Shown here: positions 8,904 to 20,956 of the stretch, piece by piece | How the letters are laid out: the number at the start of each line of letters is the position of its first letter | Position numbering within the stretch: the stretch's first letter is position 1 | Source of the DNA: Candidatus Electronema halotolerans | GTDB taxonomy: Bacteria; Desulfobacterota; Desulfobulbia; Desulfobulbales; Desulfobulbaceae | Length of the DNA: 32,000 bases | Direction of reading: 5' to 3' | NCBI GenBank assembly: GCA_942493095.1 | Contig: OW818675.1 | Span: forward strand, 2,790,001-2,822,000 | Position numbers and translations under genes: made by a program | Notes under the pieces: model-generated | What the model saw: only the letters and a program-made list of their open reading frames with translations | What the model was told of the DNA's origin: nothing | Databases searched by the model: none

Positions 8904-10241
8904 TCAGCCCTTATCCCTGCCACTCCGCTCGCGGAAAAAGAGGCGCAGCGGCACTCGGTCTAAGCCAAGTCCTTCCCGGAAGCGATTGGTGAGATAGCGC
9001 TGATAGGAAAAGTGAATGCCTTTGGGCTGATTGGCAATCACAGCAAAAGTGGGCGGGGCGGTGCTGATCTGGGCTGTGTAGTAGAGTTTCAGGCGGCGGC
9101 CCTGATACATGGGCGGCTCATGCTTGGCTTTGGCCTCCTCCAAGAGCCGGTTGAGAGCCGCAGTGGGGAACCGCTGGGTGAACTGGCGATGGATTTTGCC
9201 GATTTCCGGGAAAAGCCGCTTGATGCCTGCGCCGGTCTTGGCCGAGACCTTGAAAATAGGAACAAAAGGAATGAAGTTGGTTGCCAGTCGCACTTTCTCC
9301 AAGAGCTGCTCCTGCCGTTTCTTGTCACCCTCAAGCAAGTCCCATTTGTTGAGCAGAATCAGCAAGGCGCGGCCCTGCTCCTGGGTATAGCCGATGATCT
9401 TGGTGTCCTGCTCGGCAATGCCCTCGTCTGCGTCAATCAGGACAACTGCTATGTCGCAGCGGCTCAGGGAATGCAGGGCCTTGAGCACGGAGAATTTTTC
9501 CAGCTTGTCGGTGGTCTTGCCCTTGCGCCGGATGCCGGCAGTGTCGATGAGCAGGTAGCTGTGCTGCCCGGCGGTCAGCAGGGTGTCAACGGCATCGCGG
9601 GTGGTGCCGGCCACATCTGAGACCATCATCCGCTCCTGACCCATGATGGCGTTGATCATCGAGGACTTGCCCACATTCGGACGGCCCAGAAAGGCCAGCC
9701 GGACTGTGCCTTCGGGCAGCTCTGCCGGAGTAGCGGTTTTGTCCAATTTTTCCGCCAAGGCTTGCATCAGGGTGTTGAAACCGTAGCCGTGATCTGCGGA
9801 TAAGGCCCAGAGCTGCTCCACGCCCAGCTCCCAGAAAGGCGTGAGCAGCTCGGTTTCAATATCTGGCGAATCAATCTTGTTGACCGCGAAAAAAACAGTC
9901 TTGTCGGTGCGCCGAAGCAGGTCTGCCAGCTCATGGTCGCCGGGCATCACGCCTTGGCGGCCATCAAGCAGGAGAATGATGATGTCCGCCTCCTCCAGAG
10001 CCTGCATGGCCTGGCTGCGGATATGACTGCTGAACTCGTCCCCGTCCTCCTCAATGCCGCCGGTGTCAACCAGCATGAAGGAACGCTCCTCCCACTGGGC
10101 GCGGGCATAGTGCCGGTCGCGGGTCACGCCGGGCAGAGAGTCAACCAGCGCGTCGCGGCTGCGGGTGATGCGGTTGAACAGGGTGGATTTGCCCACATTG
10201 GGGCGGCCCAGCAGGGCGACTAAGGGACAGGCAGTATTCAC
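8904..10241 (-). CDS. der: Ribosome biogenesis GTPase Der (EngA)
   Basis: Two tandem GTPase domains: VALLGRPNVGKSTLFNR...GVTRDRHY...VDTGGIE...NKID and LAFLGRPNVGKSSMINAI...GTTRDAVDT...DTAGIRRK...NKWDL; C-terminal KH-like domain. Confidence 0.97.
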   Translation of the reverse strand: MNTACPLVALLGRPNVGKSTLFNRITRSRDALVDSLPGVTRDRHYARAQWEERSFMLVDTGGIEEDGDEFSSHIRSQAMQALEEADIIILLLDGRQGVMPGDHELADLLRRTDKTVFFAVNKIDSPDIETELLTPFWELGVEQLWALSADHGYGFNTLMQALAEKLDKTATPAELPEGTVRLAFLGRPNVGKSSMINAIMGQERMMVSDVAGTTRDAVDTLLTAGQHSYLLIDTAGIRRKGKTTDKLEKFSVLKALHSLSRCDIAVVLIDADEGIAEQDTKIIGYTQEQGRALLILLNKWDLLEGDKKRQEQLLEKVRLATNFIPFVPIFKVSAKTGAGIKRLFPEIGKIHRQFTQRFPTAALNRLLEEAKAKHEPPMYQGRRLKLYYTAQISTAPPTFAVIANQPKGIHFSYQRYLTNRFREGLGLDRVPLRLFFRERSGRDKG

Positions 10242-10386
10242 GATTTCAGAGAAAGGAAGATTCTTGCGGGCTGATTGCGCGCATCAGTTGCGGATTTGCA
10301 AAGATACCCGCTTGGCGGAAATTTGGCAAGCAGGCTTCCTGCCCGCCCCTCGGCTTAATGCGGATGCACGCTCCGAGTCTGCTGTC

Positions 10387-12462
<2,076 letters not shown>

Positions 12463-12744
12463 TCAGCTCTGAATTATCAATAAAGCACGCTTGGGTGCTC
12501 AGGCTGCCGCCGTTACTATATATGCAGTTTAAAACGTTGTACAGAGGAATCGGCATGTCCTGCTGGCTGCAGAACTGCTTCAGCGCAGTGGAATTGACAA
12601 GGACGGCTGCTGGTCCTTGCCAAGCGCATTGAGCAGGCCGCGTGTGCTGCCTACCGCGAGGAGCTTACCCTGTATCGGCGAATGCCTCAGATTGCCTGCT
12701 GCTGACTTGCAGAATACGTACCTCCTTTGCTGTTTGTCCTGATC

Positions 12745-12752
12745 ACCGACAT
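12745..12752 (+). repeat. 8-bp target-site duplication ACCGACAT, left copy (IS66 copy 1)
   Basis: ACCGACAT immediately before GTAACTGATCACAGGGT; the same octamer follows the element at 14239-14246. Confidence 0.93.
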
Positions 12753-14238
12753 GTAACTGATCACAGGGTGTCTCTAAAAAACACTGGCGCTTGGCATCGC
12801 AACTGGATAAATTGTGAGCAGTAATTTTTTCCGCAGGAGAAAGCTGTGACCGCCCCGTTCCATTGTGAAAATTTTGAGATAAGCGAGGAAGACCTTGCCG
12901 CTACACCTCCTGCGGTGCGGAAGCTGCTGTCTTTTTTGATCGCTGAGGTAACGCGGCTGAGAAAACGGGTCGAAGAGCTTGAGGCGAAACTCGGCGAAGA
13001 TTCCTCGAACTCGAACAGGCCGCCTTCTTCCGACTCTCCGTTTACAGAAAAACGGCAGAGAGATCAGGCGGGGAAGCCCCGGAAAAAGCGGCGTGGATAT
13101 CGTCAGGAGCTGATGCCGCCGACAGAAACGCAAAAAATGTATCCTTCCGCCTGCTCCTGCGGTTGCGGCAAATTCAAAAACATACGGTCATATTATACGC
13201 ATCAGCATATTGAACTGCCGGAAATCGTGATGCAGGTCAGGCATTTCCTTCTTTATAAAGGGGAATGCGCCGCCTGCGGCAAAACCGTCAGAGGCTGTGT
13301 TCCCGATGAATTCAGAACCGGTTTCGGGGCGCGGTTCACCGCGCTGGTTGCCGAACTGAGCGGCATGGACGGCAGCAGCCGGGGAACTGTGCGGAAGTTC
13401 ATCCGTTCCGTGCTCGGCGTTCATATCAGTGCCGGGGCGGTGCAGAAGATCATTGACAGGGCTTCGGCGGCTGTCGCGCCGCACTATGAGGCCATTTGGG
13501 CTGCCGTCACAAGCGGGGATGTCGGGCATATTGATGAAACGACGTGGAAAACTGGCGGCAGACTGCGCTGGTTATGGGTTATGGCGAACCGGCAGGCCGC
13601 GTTCTTCATGATTCATCCGAAACGCTCTAAGGAAGCCTTTGAAGAACTGATCGGTGCTTGGAACGGTATTCTCATCAGCGACGGATACAACGTGTACCAA
13701 AAATGGGTCGGCAAGCGGCAGACTTGCCTCGCGCATCTTATCCGCCGGGCAGACGGCCTTGCGGAGCGCGCTGACCCTGAACTGGCCGCCTGCGGCAAAT
13801 GGGCCGCTGCGGAACTGCGGCGGCTCTGCCGCATGGCGAAAGACCCGCCGACCAAAGGTGAATGGTCCGCATTTTATGCCCGGCTCTGCCGACTTATCCT
13901 ACGCTGGCGCGATTGCGACAGTGATGCGGGGAGGTTTGTCCGTCATATTGACAAGGAAATGGAGGCGTTGTTCACTTTCTTGCTCGAAGAAGGCGTAGAG
14001 CCGACAAATAATCCAGCGGAACGGATGCTCCGCTTCGGCGTGCTGTGGCGCAAACGGAGTCAGGGCACTGACAGCGACAAGGGAAACCGCTGGGTTGAAC
14101 GAATCCTTTCCCTCCGGCAGACATGCCTGCTTCGGGGAAAATCCACTTTCGAGGTGCTCACCGAGGCCATGCGCTGCTATTTCAGAGGACAGATGCCGGA
14201 TTTAAGCTGGGTCTGAGCGGTACCCTGTGATCGCTTAC
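12753..14238 (+). mobile_element. IS66-family insertion sequence, copy 1 (1,486 bp, single-ORF ISBst12-like organisation)
   Basis: Terminal inverted repeats GTAACTGATCACAGGGT (12753-12769) and, inverted, GTAAGCGATCACAGGGT (14222-14238), 15/17 matches; perfect 8-bp duplication outside; transposase inside. Confidence 0.95.
12846..14216 (+). CDS. IS66-family transposase (TnpC-like)
   Basis: 456 aa, GTG start with AGGAG upstream; N-terminal leucine-rich coil VTRLRKRVEELEAKL, Cys cluster CSCGCGKF/CAACGK, DDE-type motifs HIDETTW, ISDGYNVYQKW, NNPAERMLR. Confidence 0.95.
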   Translation: MTAPFHCENFEISEEDLAATPPAVRKLLSFLIAEVTRLRKRVEELEAKLGEDSSNSNRPPSSDSPFTEKRQRDQAGKPRKKRRGYRQELMPPTETQKMYPSACSCGCGKFKNIRSYYTHQHIELPEIVMQVRHFLLYKGECAACGKTVRGCVPDEFRTGFGARFTALVAELSGMDGSSRGTVRKFIRSVLGVHISAGAVQKIIDRASAAVAPHYEAIWAAVTSGDVGHIDETTWKTGGRLRWLWVMANRQAAFFMIHPKRSKEAFEELIGAWNGILISDGYNVYQKWVGKRQTCLAHLIRRADGLAERADPELAACGKWAAAELRRLCRMAKDPPTKGEWSAFYARLCRLILRWRDCDSDAGRFVRHIDKEMEALFTFLLEEGVEPTNNPAERMLRFGVLWRKRSQGTDSDKGNRWVERILSLRQTCLLRGKSTFEVLTEAMRCYFRGQMPDLSWV

Positions 14239-16958
14239 ACCGACATTGACCGGACAAGCGGGACAAAAGCCTTCTGGATGATTTCGTATGCCTGCGCAGT
14301 TGCCAGCACAAGCCAGCCTTCGGCACAGACATCGCCTGGAAATCGGTTATGTCGGTGAATGGAACCGTCCTGCCACCAGAGACTTTGCACCATCGGAGAA
14401 CCTTCAGCGTCCTCCCAACTGAAAAGGCCGGTCTTGCTGGATTTCCAGCCCAATCCTAAAGCCAGTTCAGGGTTAAAGGCCAGCCATTCCTGGCTGCCAA
14501 TTTCACGTGCGCGAGGACTTCCAAAAACAGCAACGGCTCGAACAAACTGCATGTGTAAATGCGGATACTCTTCAGCAGTCCACCAGTGTTCAGTCGGAAA
14601 AAAAGAGGGTGCATTGATTGGAGTGTCAAACAACCGCTTATCTGGATGAGCTAACATGCTGAAGCGATATTCAAATTGCTTGTCGTCATCCATCTGGCGA
14701 ATTTGTGTCAGTTCAGCCAATGCTATCAGACCATTTTCTTTGATCTGCTCAGGCATTAAAGCATAGCCATCCGTGCAGCAGCTCGGCCAGTCCTGCTCCC
14801 GAATTTCCTCCTTTCCTGGCAGCAAAATTTCGTTTGGACGCAAAGAAGGACGCTGGCAGGACATCACTTTGTCATTACCTCTGGTCAGCTGGATGAGGAA
14901 TGCCGCATCTTGGCCGCTCAGTTTTTCCGCATCAATTAGCTCGGCAATAACATGGCGCAGGGCTTTTAATGCCTGCTGTGGCCGCAGACGATAATTGACA
15001 AGTTTCAGTTCCGCCGCTTCCAGCCAGTTTCTCATATTTTCTTCAGCCTGTTTGTTCCATTCTTCCTGCGAAGAGAGGCTTTTCATTAAGATGGCAGCAC
15101 GGGCAATCAGATTTTGCAATGGAATGTCGGATGCTTTACTCATCAGGTCAAACAGATAATCAAACGGACGAATCATGTCCAAGGAATCATTCGTATCCGG
15201 GAAGGAACCGCCTTGCGGCAGAGCCTCAAAGGGAACAGCTTCCTCTTGAGTGGGAAAATCTGGCAGCTCCCAGGTGTAGGTGGGCGGCAACGCCGTAAAC
15301 GCGGGCAGAGCAAAGGGCAAATTCAAGGCTTGTGCCAACTGCACCGCCATTGCTCGGATAGTCATATTCGGAGAACTGATCAATGTTTTGAATTCAGCAG
15401 CAAACTCGGCAAGGTATTCCGGTCGTTGTTCCAAAATGGTTTCACAGACCGCCAAGGCATGACGTGCCTCGCTTTCACTGCCAGTCAGCAAATTGCGCAG
15501 TAACTGACTTGATGCGACATCGTATGCAGGAGCGAGACATATCCTGTGCAAGGCGAGATGCGCTTCGGTGCGGATTTCAGGAACCTCAATCTTCATTGCG
15601 TCTGCAACGAGCTGAAGCAGGACGGTCTGCCATGAAGAAATGTTTTCCAACACAGGCGGCGGCATCTCTTCAGAAAGAGAGAACTCGTGGAGCTGGTAAA
15701 CATGTTCTCGAATTTCCTGCCAGATTTTATCAAGTGGTGGGAATGCAAACAGGACTGGAAAAAAATCATCAATGCCTTCTACATATCTTCTTGGCCAATG
15801 CCAGTGGGCAATATAGTCTTTGACGAAACGTTGAAAGGCGTATTTACGGCCTTCTTCACCATCAAACTTGATCATTGCCAGCATCAACTTCAGTCGGATT
15901 CCTCCATCGAAATCTCGGTCCCATCCTCGCGGGTCTGAGCGTTCAGCCAGCTCCTTTAGGAATGCCCGGCCTTCTTTTTCATGGCCCAATGCCTTCAGAC
16001 GCTCTGCCAGCAACATTTCCACCAGAAGATTGCCCTTCAGCGTATCGCGCAACTGCCCAATTTGCGTATAATTGATCGTTTCAGAAATCTTTTCTACGGC
16101 TTCTTCCCAACGAAAATACTTCTGTTCTTCAATTTGATTGATAAAACTCAGAAGAGAGTTGCCGGATGTGATGCGCAACAGGACATCTTTTCTCCTTAGC
16201 TCTTCTCCGTTTTTCAAGCGGATCGCAATATCGTGATCATAGGTTTCCTCTTTGTCGTCCTGCACCACCTTTTCGCAGAAACGTTCAGCATCAATACCAG
16301 CAGCCTGCAAACCTTTGGCAATGCCGCGCCACCACCCGGCCCGATGCGAAGGGAATATCTTGGTGGCAACGGTTTGTTCGAGGTACTCAAGCAGCATCTG
16401 AGCTTCAGTTTCGGAATTCCTTGTGCTGATTGCCTGCGCAAGCACTGCCGGGAGTTTGTCGGGAACGCTATTGGAAAAAGGCAGCAGCAGGTGACAGGCA
16501 AGGATGCAGACCATCTCAATAGAAGCATCGGAAGATGAAGCAGCCGCAGTCAATATGCCGCTTAACGCATCCTCGTAAGCAATGCTGTGCTGATCCAAAA
16601 GCCAGTTTTTGAGCTGCACGGCATAGTCCGGCTGCCATTGTGCGACCAAAGTTATCAGATCAACAGCGGCATCACGGATTCCTCGGCCTCTGTACGTTGT
16701 TACAAAGGTCACAAGAGCAGCAGCAAACCTGCGGATATCCTCTTCTACCAACTCAGGATGTGCCGCCGCAGTCTTTGCCAGCAGATCGACCCAAAAGGAA
16801 AACTGGTAGTCTTTGTCGTAAACCACACCAAAGCTGTTCTGCAAAATCTTCGGAAAGAGCGTCTTTGCCCTTTCCCGCTGTCCCGCCTCCAGCCAAGCAA
16901 AAATTTGCTCTGCATATTCTGAGGCTAGGGTGCCGACATCGTCCCAAACACCATAACG
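14235..16958 (-). CDS. C-terminal part of the disrupted STAND protein (helical-repeat-like region)
   Basis: Track ORF 14235-16844 begins at a TTG. The same frame stays open upstream to the TAG at 16959-16961 (RYGVWDDVGTLASEYAEQIFAWLEAGQRERAKTLFPKILQNSFGVVYDK). Stop TAA is supplied by the IS66 copy 1 end. Confidence 0.75.
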   Translation of the reverse strand, partial: RYGVWDDVGTLASEYAEQIFAWLEAGQRERAKTLFPKILQNSFGVVYDKDYQFSFWVDLLAKTAAAHPELVEEDIRRFAAALVTFVTTYRGRGIRDAAVDLITLVAQWQPDYAVQLKNWLLDQHSIAYEDALSGILTAAASSSDASIEMVCILACHLLLPFSNSVPDKLPAVLAQAISTRNSETEAQMLLEYLEQTVATKIFPSHRAGWWRGIAKGLQAAGIDAERFCEKVVQDDKEETYDHDIAIRLKNGEELRRKDVLLRITSGNSLLSFINQIEEQKYFRWEEAVEKISETINYTQIGQLRDTLKGNLLVEMLLAERLKALGHEKEGRAFLKELAERSDPRGWDRDFDGGIRLKLMLAMIKFDGEEGRKYAFQRFVKDYIAHWHWPRRYVEGIDDFFPVLFAFPPLDKIWQEIREHVYQLHEFSLSEEMPPPVLENISSWQTVLLQLVADAMKIEVPEIRTEAHLALHRICLAPAYDVASSQLLRNLLTGSESEARHALAVCETILEQRPEYLAEFAAEFKTLISSPNMTIRAMAVQLAQALNLPFALPAFTALPPTYTWELPDFPTQEEAVPFEALPQGGSFPDTNDSLDMIRPFDYLFDLMSKASDIPLQNLIARAAILMKSLSSQEEWNKQAEENMRNWLEAAELKLVNYRLRPQQALKALRHVIAELIDAEKLSGQDAAFLIQLTRGNDKVMSCQRPSLRPNEILLPGKEEIREQDWPSCCTDGYALMPEQIKENGLIALAELTQIRQMDDDKQFEYRFSMLAHPDKRLFDTPINAPSFFPTEHWWTAEEYPHLHMQFVRAVAVFGSPRAREIGSQEWLAFNPELALGLGWKSSKTGLFSWEDAEGSPMVQSLWWQDGSIHRHNRFPGDVCAEGWLVLATAQAYEIIQKAFVPLVRSMSV
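14239..14246 (+). repeat. 8-bp target-site duplication ACCGACAT, right copy (IS66 copy 1)
   Basis: Identical to 12745-12752, immediately after the right terminal repeat. Confidence 0.93.
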
Positions 16959-19470
16959 CTATTCAATTCGATCCAGATGCCCTTGTAGATTTTCCTTTGA
17001 ACACCCCTGACGGAACAGCTCCAAGGCTATTTTTCGTTGCAGCCGGGGTTGCCAGTATTGAGGCTGCTCCTGCCAGAGTCGGTCAAATTCCGCTTCCAAT
17101 GCCTGAACTGCTGCCGGACCATGTTCGGCAACAGCACGAATGAGGAACGAAAAGAACTCGCTGGCCAATCGTTCATAGGCAAACCAGGAATGCCATTGCC
17201 GAGTATCCTGCCGCCTGCGATAGTACAAACGCAAAGCGGGCTGCAATTCGTGCAGAAGCATAGTCGGGGGCAATAGCTCGCCAGCCCAAGCCCTGCCCCA
17301 GATATTGGCGATGATAACCAAGCAGCGTTCAAACAGAACAGCACCATGCTCTTGCACCTTGTCATCAGGCACTGCCTGCACCGGGTCTTCAGGCCGACCA
17401 AGCATTGCCAGCAAGCGGTTGAGACGGATACGAGCAAAAAAAGGTGTGAGTCTGCCGTCATTTCCGTGCATGACACCAGCAAGAGTCAGCCTAGGCTGTC
17501 GGATACTTGCTATTGTTTCGGCTACCGTCTCTTTATCCTTGCGGATATGATAAATAAATTGAGAAATCAGTAGCTTGGTGTCATCATCATGCTCTGGTGT
17601 TGTTTGTTCCTCTAAGATGCGGGTAAGTGCTTCCTTGGCATTATCGGAATCAGGACGGAAAGAGCATATCCAGAAATCCAGTTTACGCAGGAGCCATTGA
17701 CTCTCTTCACGTCTCTTGAGCTGTTCTTTCAGTTGGGAAAGTTTATCGGCATCATTGCTGTTAAAGACAGCATAGGTCAGTTTCTCAAGCACGTTCTGCC
17801 TGAGTTCCTCATGCAAAGAATCAGAATCAGCAGCGTCATGGGGCTGCATATAATGTGTGTCAGCCCGAAGCTGCGTTATGATTTGCAGCAGATTATCCAG
17901 CGGACGAAAATAGTGAGCAATTTTTATCCAAGAGTCCAGAGTGTCCTTGTTTCCATTGATATGACCAATTTCCGTTGAGCCATTGAGCAGATCAAGCGGT
18001 TCGGCTGCATTGAACACTGACTCTGCCGCCCGCAGTTCGCCTTTTTCGATGAGCAGCGCGGCGAAATCAAGGGCATCTTTTGCAGCAATCCGCAACTGAT
18101 TCCCGTCCATGACAAAATGCAGAGCCTCATCCAAACCGCGAAGCTCAAGGAGCAGCCTTGGCAAATTCACGTCAGAGGAATCAATACACTCTTTTCGGTC
18201 GCTCAACTCTTTTTCAATCAGCAGGGCGCGGATGATTGCCAATCCGTCATACTGCTTACGGGCCGCATCAAAACAGAGCTTGATATCCTCAAAAATGGCC
18301 GTTGCAGGTCTGAGGCGCATGAACTGATCGCGGAAATGCTGCTGGGTGCCGAGCCGAAGAACAGCCTCCCATTCTTCCGCCTTTGCCCGATGGTACAGCT
18401 CTTCCCATGCCCAAAAAATTTCTGAAGAAGCCGCGAATTCAGCAAGACGGCGATGATATTCCCTGTCTTTTTCCGCATCCTCGTCACCAAAAATATTGCG
18501 CCGGGTTTGTGCAAGGATGAACTGGCGGAAGCTGTTGTGAAAGAAATGCCAACGGGTTTCTGTCTCTTCACGAAAATAATGGCGGGCATGTCGCAGCAAA
18601 TCCTTGATGACAGGCTCTCCCATCCGCCCCAGCCATTCCTTCGGATTGAACGGCCCTCTCAGTCTCGCCAACAGGGCAAGCAGGTCTTTCAGTTCCTCAT
18701 TATTCTCAAGCTGCTCCCAGTAAATACGATAAGTTGCCTCTATGTTCTCATGATAAGGAACCGTGTCGGCAAGAACGGCATCAATTTTTTCTTCAGCGGT
18801 ATTGCGAAGACGTTCCAGTAAATAGCGAAGTGTCAGCGGATGCCCGTTGACAAGCTGATGCACTGTTTCCTGCTGTGCCGAACTGAGCTGCACCGGCAAG
18901 CGGGATGCGCTAATGATGGCGGCCACAGCCTGTCTGGGCAACGGCTGCATGGTGAGCGTCCGCCCTGTTTGTTCGACTTGCTGCCGAATGCGGGAAGGGA
19001 AATCCGCAAGCTGCAAGGTCTGGCTGCCAAGGATCAGCAGCACTCCTTCAGGGAGATTGTCCGGTGACGGCAGCTCATTGAGCAGGCTTCTGACCGGCCT
19101 TTGCTCCCGTGCAATATGATCAAGCCCGTCAATAACGAGCAGAGTCATGATCTTGTCCTGCTGCCATTGTTCGTGCAGGCTCCTCAATTGTGCAGAGAAT
19201 GCTTCCCGAAATTCCTCCAGTGTCTTCGGCTGGGAGGGCTTCCCGGTTTGGGCGTAAATTTCCTGTCGCTGCAAGGCCAGATGCAGGTCGTGCAGAAAAG
19301 AAACAGCTTCGCCTCTGCCTTCCTGCCCGATGCTTTCCGGCACGTAAGCGTAGTAACGAATAATTTTGTAGCCGGGGCGATAGCGGAAGGTCTGCGTCAG
19401 GGTGGTGGATTTTCCGGTTCCCGGCGGGCCGATCAGGGCCAGATAGCCGGAGTTGAACTGTGCCGCAGCC
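16959..19470 (-). CDS. Middle part of the disrupted STAND protein: P-loop NTPase module and start of helical repeats (no native start codon)
   Basis: Frame open from the IS66 copy 2 boundary: AAAQFNSGYLALIGPPGTGKSTTLTQTFRYRPG (Walker A), KIMTLLVIDGLDHIAREQRP (Walker B), VLLILGSQ (sensor-like), winged-helix-like region, ends LQGHLDRIE + TAG. Confidence 0.82.
19463..19470 (+). repeat. 8-bp target-site duplication CCGCAGCC, left copy (IS66 copy 2)
   Basis: CCGCAGCC immediately before GTAAGCGATCACAGGGT; repeated at 20957-20964. Confidence 0.93.
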
Positions 19471-20956
19471 GTAAGCGATCACAGGGTACCGCTCAGACCC
19501 AGCTTAAATCCGGCATCTGTCCTCTGAAATAGCAGCGCATGGCCTCGGTGAGCACCTCGAAAGTGGATTTTCCCCGAAGCAGGCATGTCTGCCGGAGGGA
19601 AAGGATTCGTTCAACCCAGCGGTTTCCCTTGTCGCTGTCAGTGCCCTGACTCCGTTTGCGCCACAGCACGCCGAAGCGGAGCATCCGTTCCGCTGGATTA
19701 TTTGTCGGCTCTACGCCTTCTTCGAGCAAGAAAGTGAACAACGCCTCCATTTCCTTGTCAATATGACGGACAAACCTCCCCGCATCACTGTCGCAATCGC
19801 GCCAGCGTAGGATAAGTCGGCAGAGCCGGGCATAAAATGCGGACCATTCACCTTTGGTCGGCGGGTCTTTCGCCATGCGGCAGAGCCGCCGCAGTTCCGC
19901 AGCGGCCCATTTTCCGCAGGCAGCCAGTTCAGGGTCAGCGCGCTCCGCAAGGCCGTCTGCCCGGCGGATAAGATGCGCGAGGCAAGTCTGCCGCTTGCCG
20001 ACCCATTTTTGGTACACGTTGTATCCGTCGCTGATGAGAATACCGTTCCAAGCGCCGATCAGTTCTTCAAACGCTTCCTTGGAGCGTTTCGGATGAATCA
20101 TGAAGAACGCGGCCTGCCGGTTCGCCATAACCCATAACCAGCGCAGTCTGCCGCCAGTTTTCCACGTCGTTTCATCAATATGCCCGACATCCCCGCTTGT
20201 GACGGCAGCCCAAATGGCCTCATAGTGCGGCGCGACAGCCGCCGAAGCCCTGTCAATGATCTTCTGCACCGCCCCGGCACTGATATGAACGCCGAGCACG
20301 GAACGGATGAACTTCCGCACAGTTCCCCGGCTGCTGCCGTCCATGCCGCTCAGTTCGGCAACCAGCGCGGTGAACCGCGCCCCGAAACCGGTTCTGAATT
20401 CATCGGGAACACAGCCTCTGACGGTTTTGCCGCAGGCGGCGCATTCCCCTTTATAAAGAAGGAAATGCCTGACCTGCATCACGATTTCCGGCAGTTCAAT
20501 ATGCTGATGCGTATAATATGACCGTATGTTTTTGAATTTGCCGCAACCGCAGGAGCAGGCGGAAGGATACATTTTTTGCGTTTCTGTCGGCGGCATCAGC
20601 TCCTGACGATATCCACGCCGCTTTTTCCGGGGCTTCCCCGCCTGATCTCTCTGCCGTTTTTCTGTAAACGGAGAGTCGGAAGAAGGCGGCCTGTTCGAGT
20701 TCGAGGAATCTTCGCCGAGTTTCGCCTCAAGCTCTTCGACCCGTTTTCTCAGCCGCGTTACCTCAGCGATCAAAAAAGACAGCAGCTTCCGCACCGCAGG
20801 AGGTGTAGCGGCAAGGTCTTCCTCGCTTATCTCAAAATTTTCACAATGGAACGGGGCGGTCACAGCTTTCTCCTGCGGAAAAAATTACTGCTCACAATTT
20901 ATCCAGTTGCGATGCCAAGCGCCAGTGTTTTTTAGAGACACCCTGTGATCAGTTAC
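19471..20956 (-). mobile_element. IS66-family insertion sequence, copy 2 (1,486 bp), opposite orientation to copy 1
   Basis: Same length and ends as copy 1; inverted repeats at 19471-19487 and 20940-20956; perfect 8-bp duplication outside. Confidence 0.95.
19493..20863 (-). CDS. IS66-family transposase (TnpC-like), copy 2
   Basis: Track translation is the same 456-aa sequence as 12846-14216. Confidence 0.95.
   Translation of the reverse strand: MTAPFHCENFEISEEDLAATPPAVRKLLSFLIAEVTRLRKRVEELEAKLGEDSSNSNRPPSSDSPFTEKRQRDQAGKPRKKRRGYRQELMPPTETQKMYPSACSCGCGKFKNIRSYYTHQHIELPEIVMQVRHFLLYKGECAACGKTVRGCVPDEFRTGFGARFTALVAELSGMDGSSRGTVRKFIRSVLGVHISAGAVQKIIDRASAAVAPHYEAIWAAVTSGDVGHIDETTWKTGGRLRWLWVMANRQAAFFMIHPKRSKEAFEELIGAWNGILISDGYNVYQKWVGKRQTCLAHLIRRADGLAERADPELAACGKWAAAELRRLCRMAKDPPTKGEWSAFYARLCRLILRWRDCDSDAGRFVRHIDKEMEALFTFLLEEGVEPTNNPAERMLRFGVLWRKRSQGTDSDKGNRWVERILSLRQTCLLRGKSTFEVLTEAMRCYFRGQMPDLSWV

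Noticed and set aside
16845-16961. Intergenic gap between two separate defence genes, with the 869-aa ORF starting at TTG
   Set aside because: The gap is open in the same frame on both sides of a single TAG (16961 minus 16844 is a multiple of 3), so the TTG is unlikely to be a real start.
12753-20956. Composite transposon carrying a defence cargo
   Set aside because: Each IS66 copy has its own distinct perfect 8-bp duplication and the 'cargo' is the interior of the same gene that continues beyond both elements.
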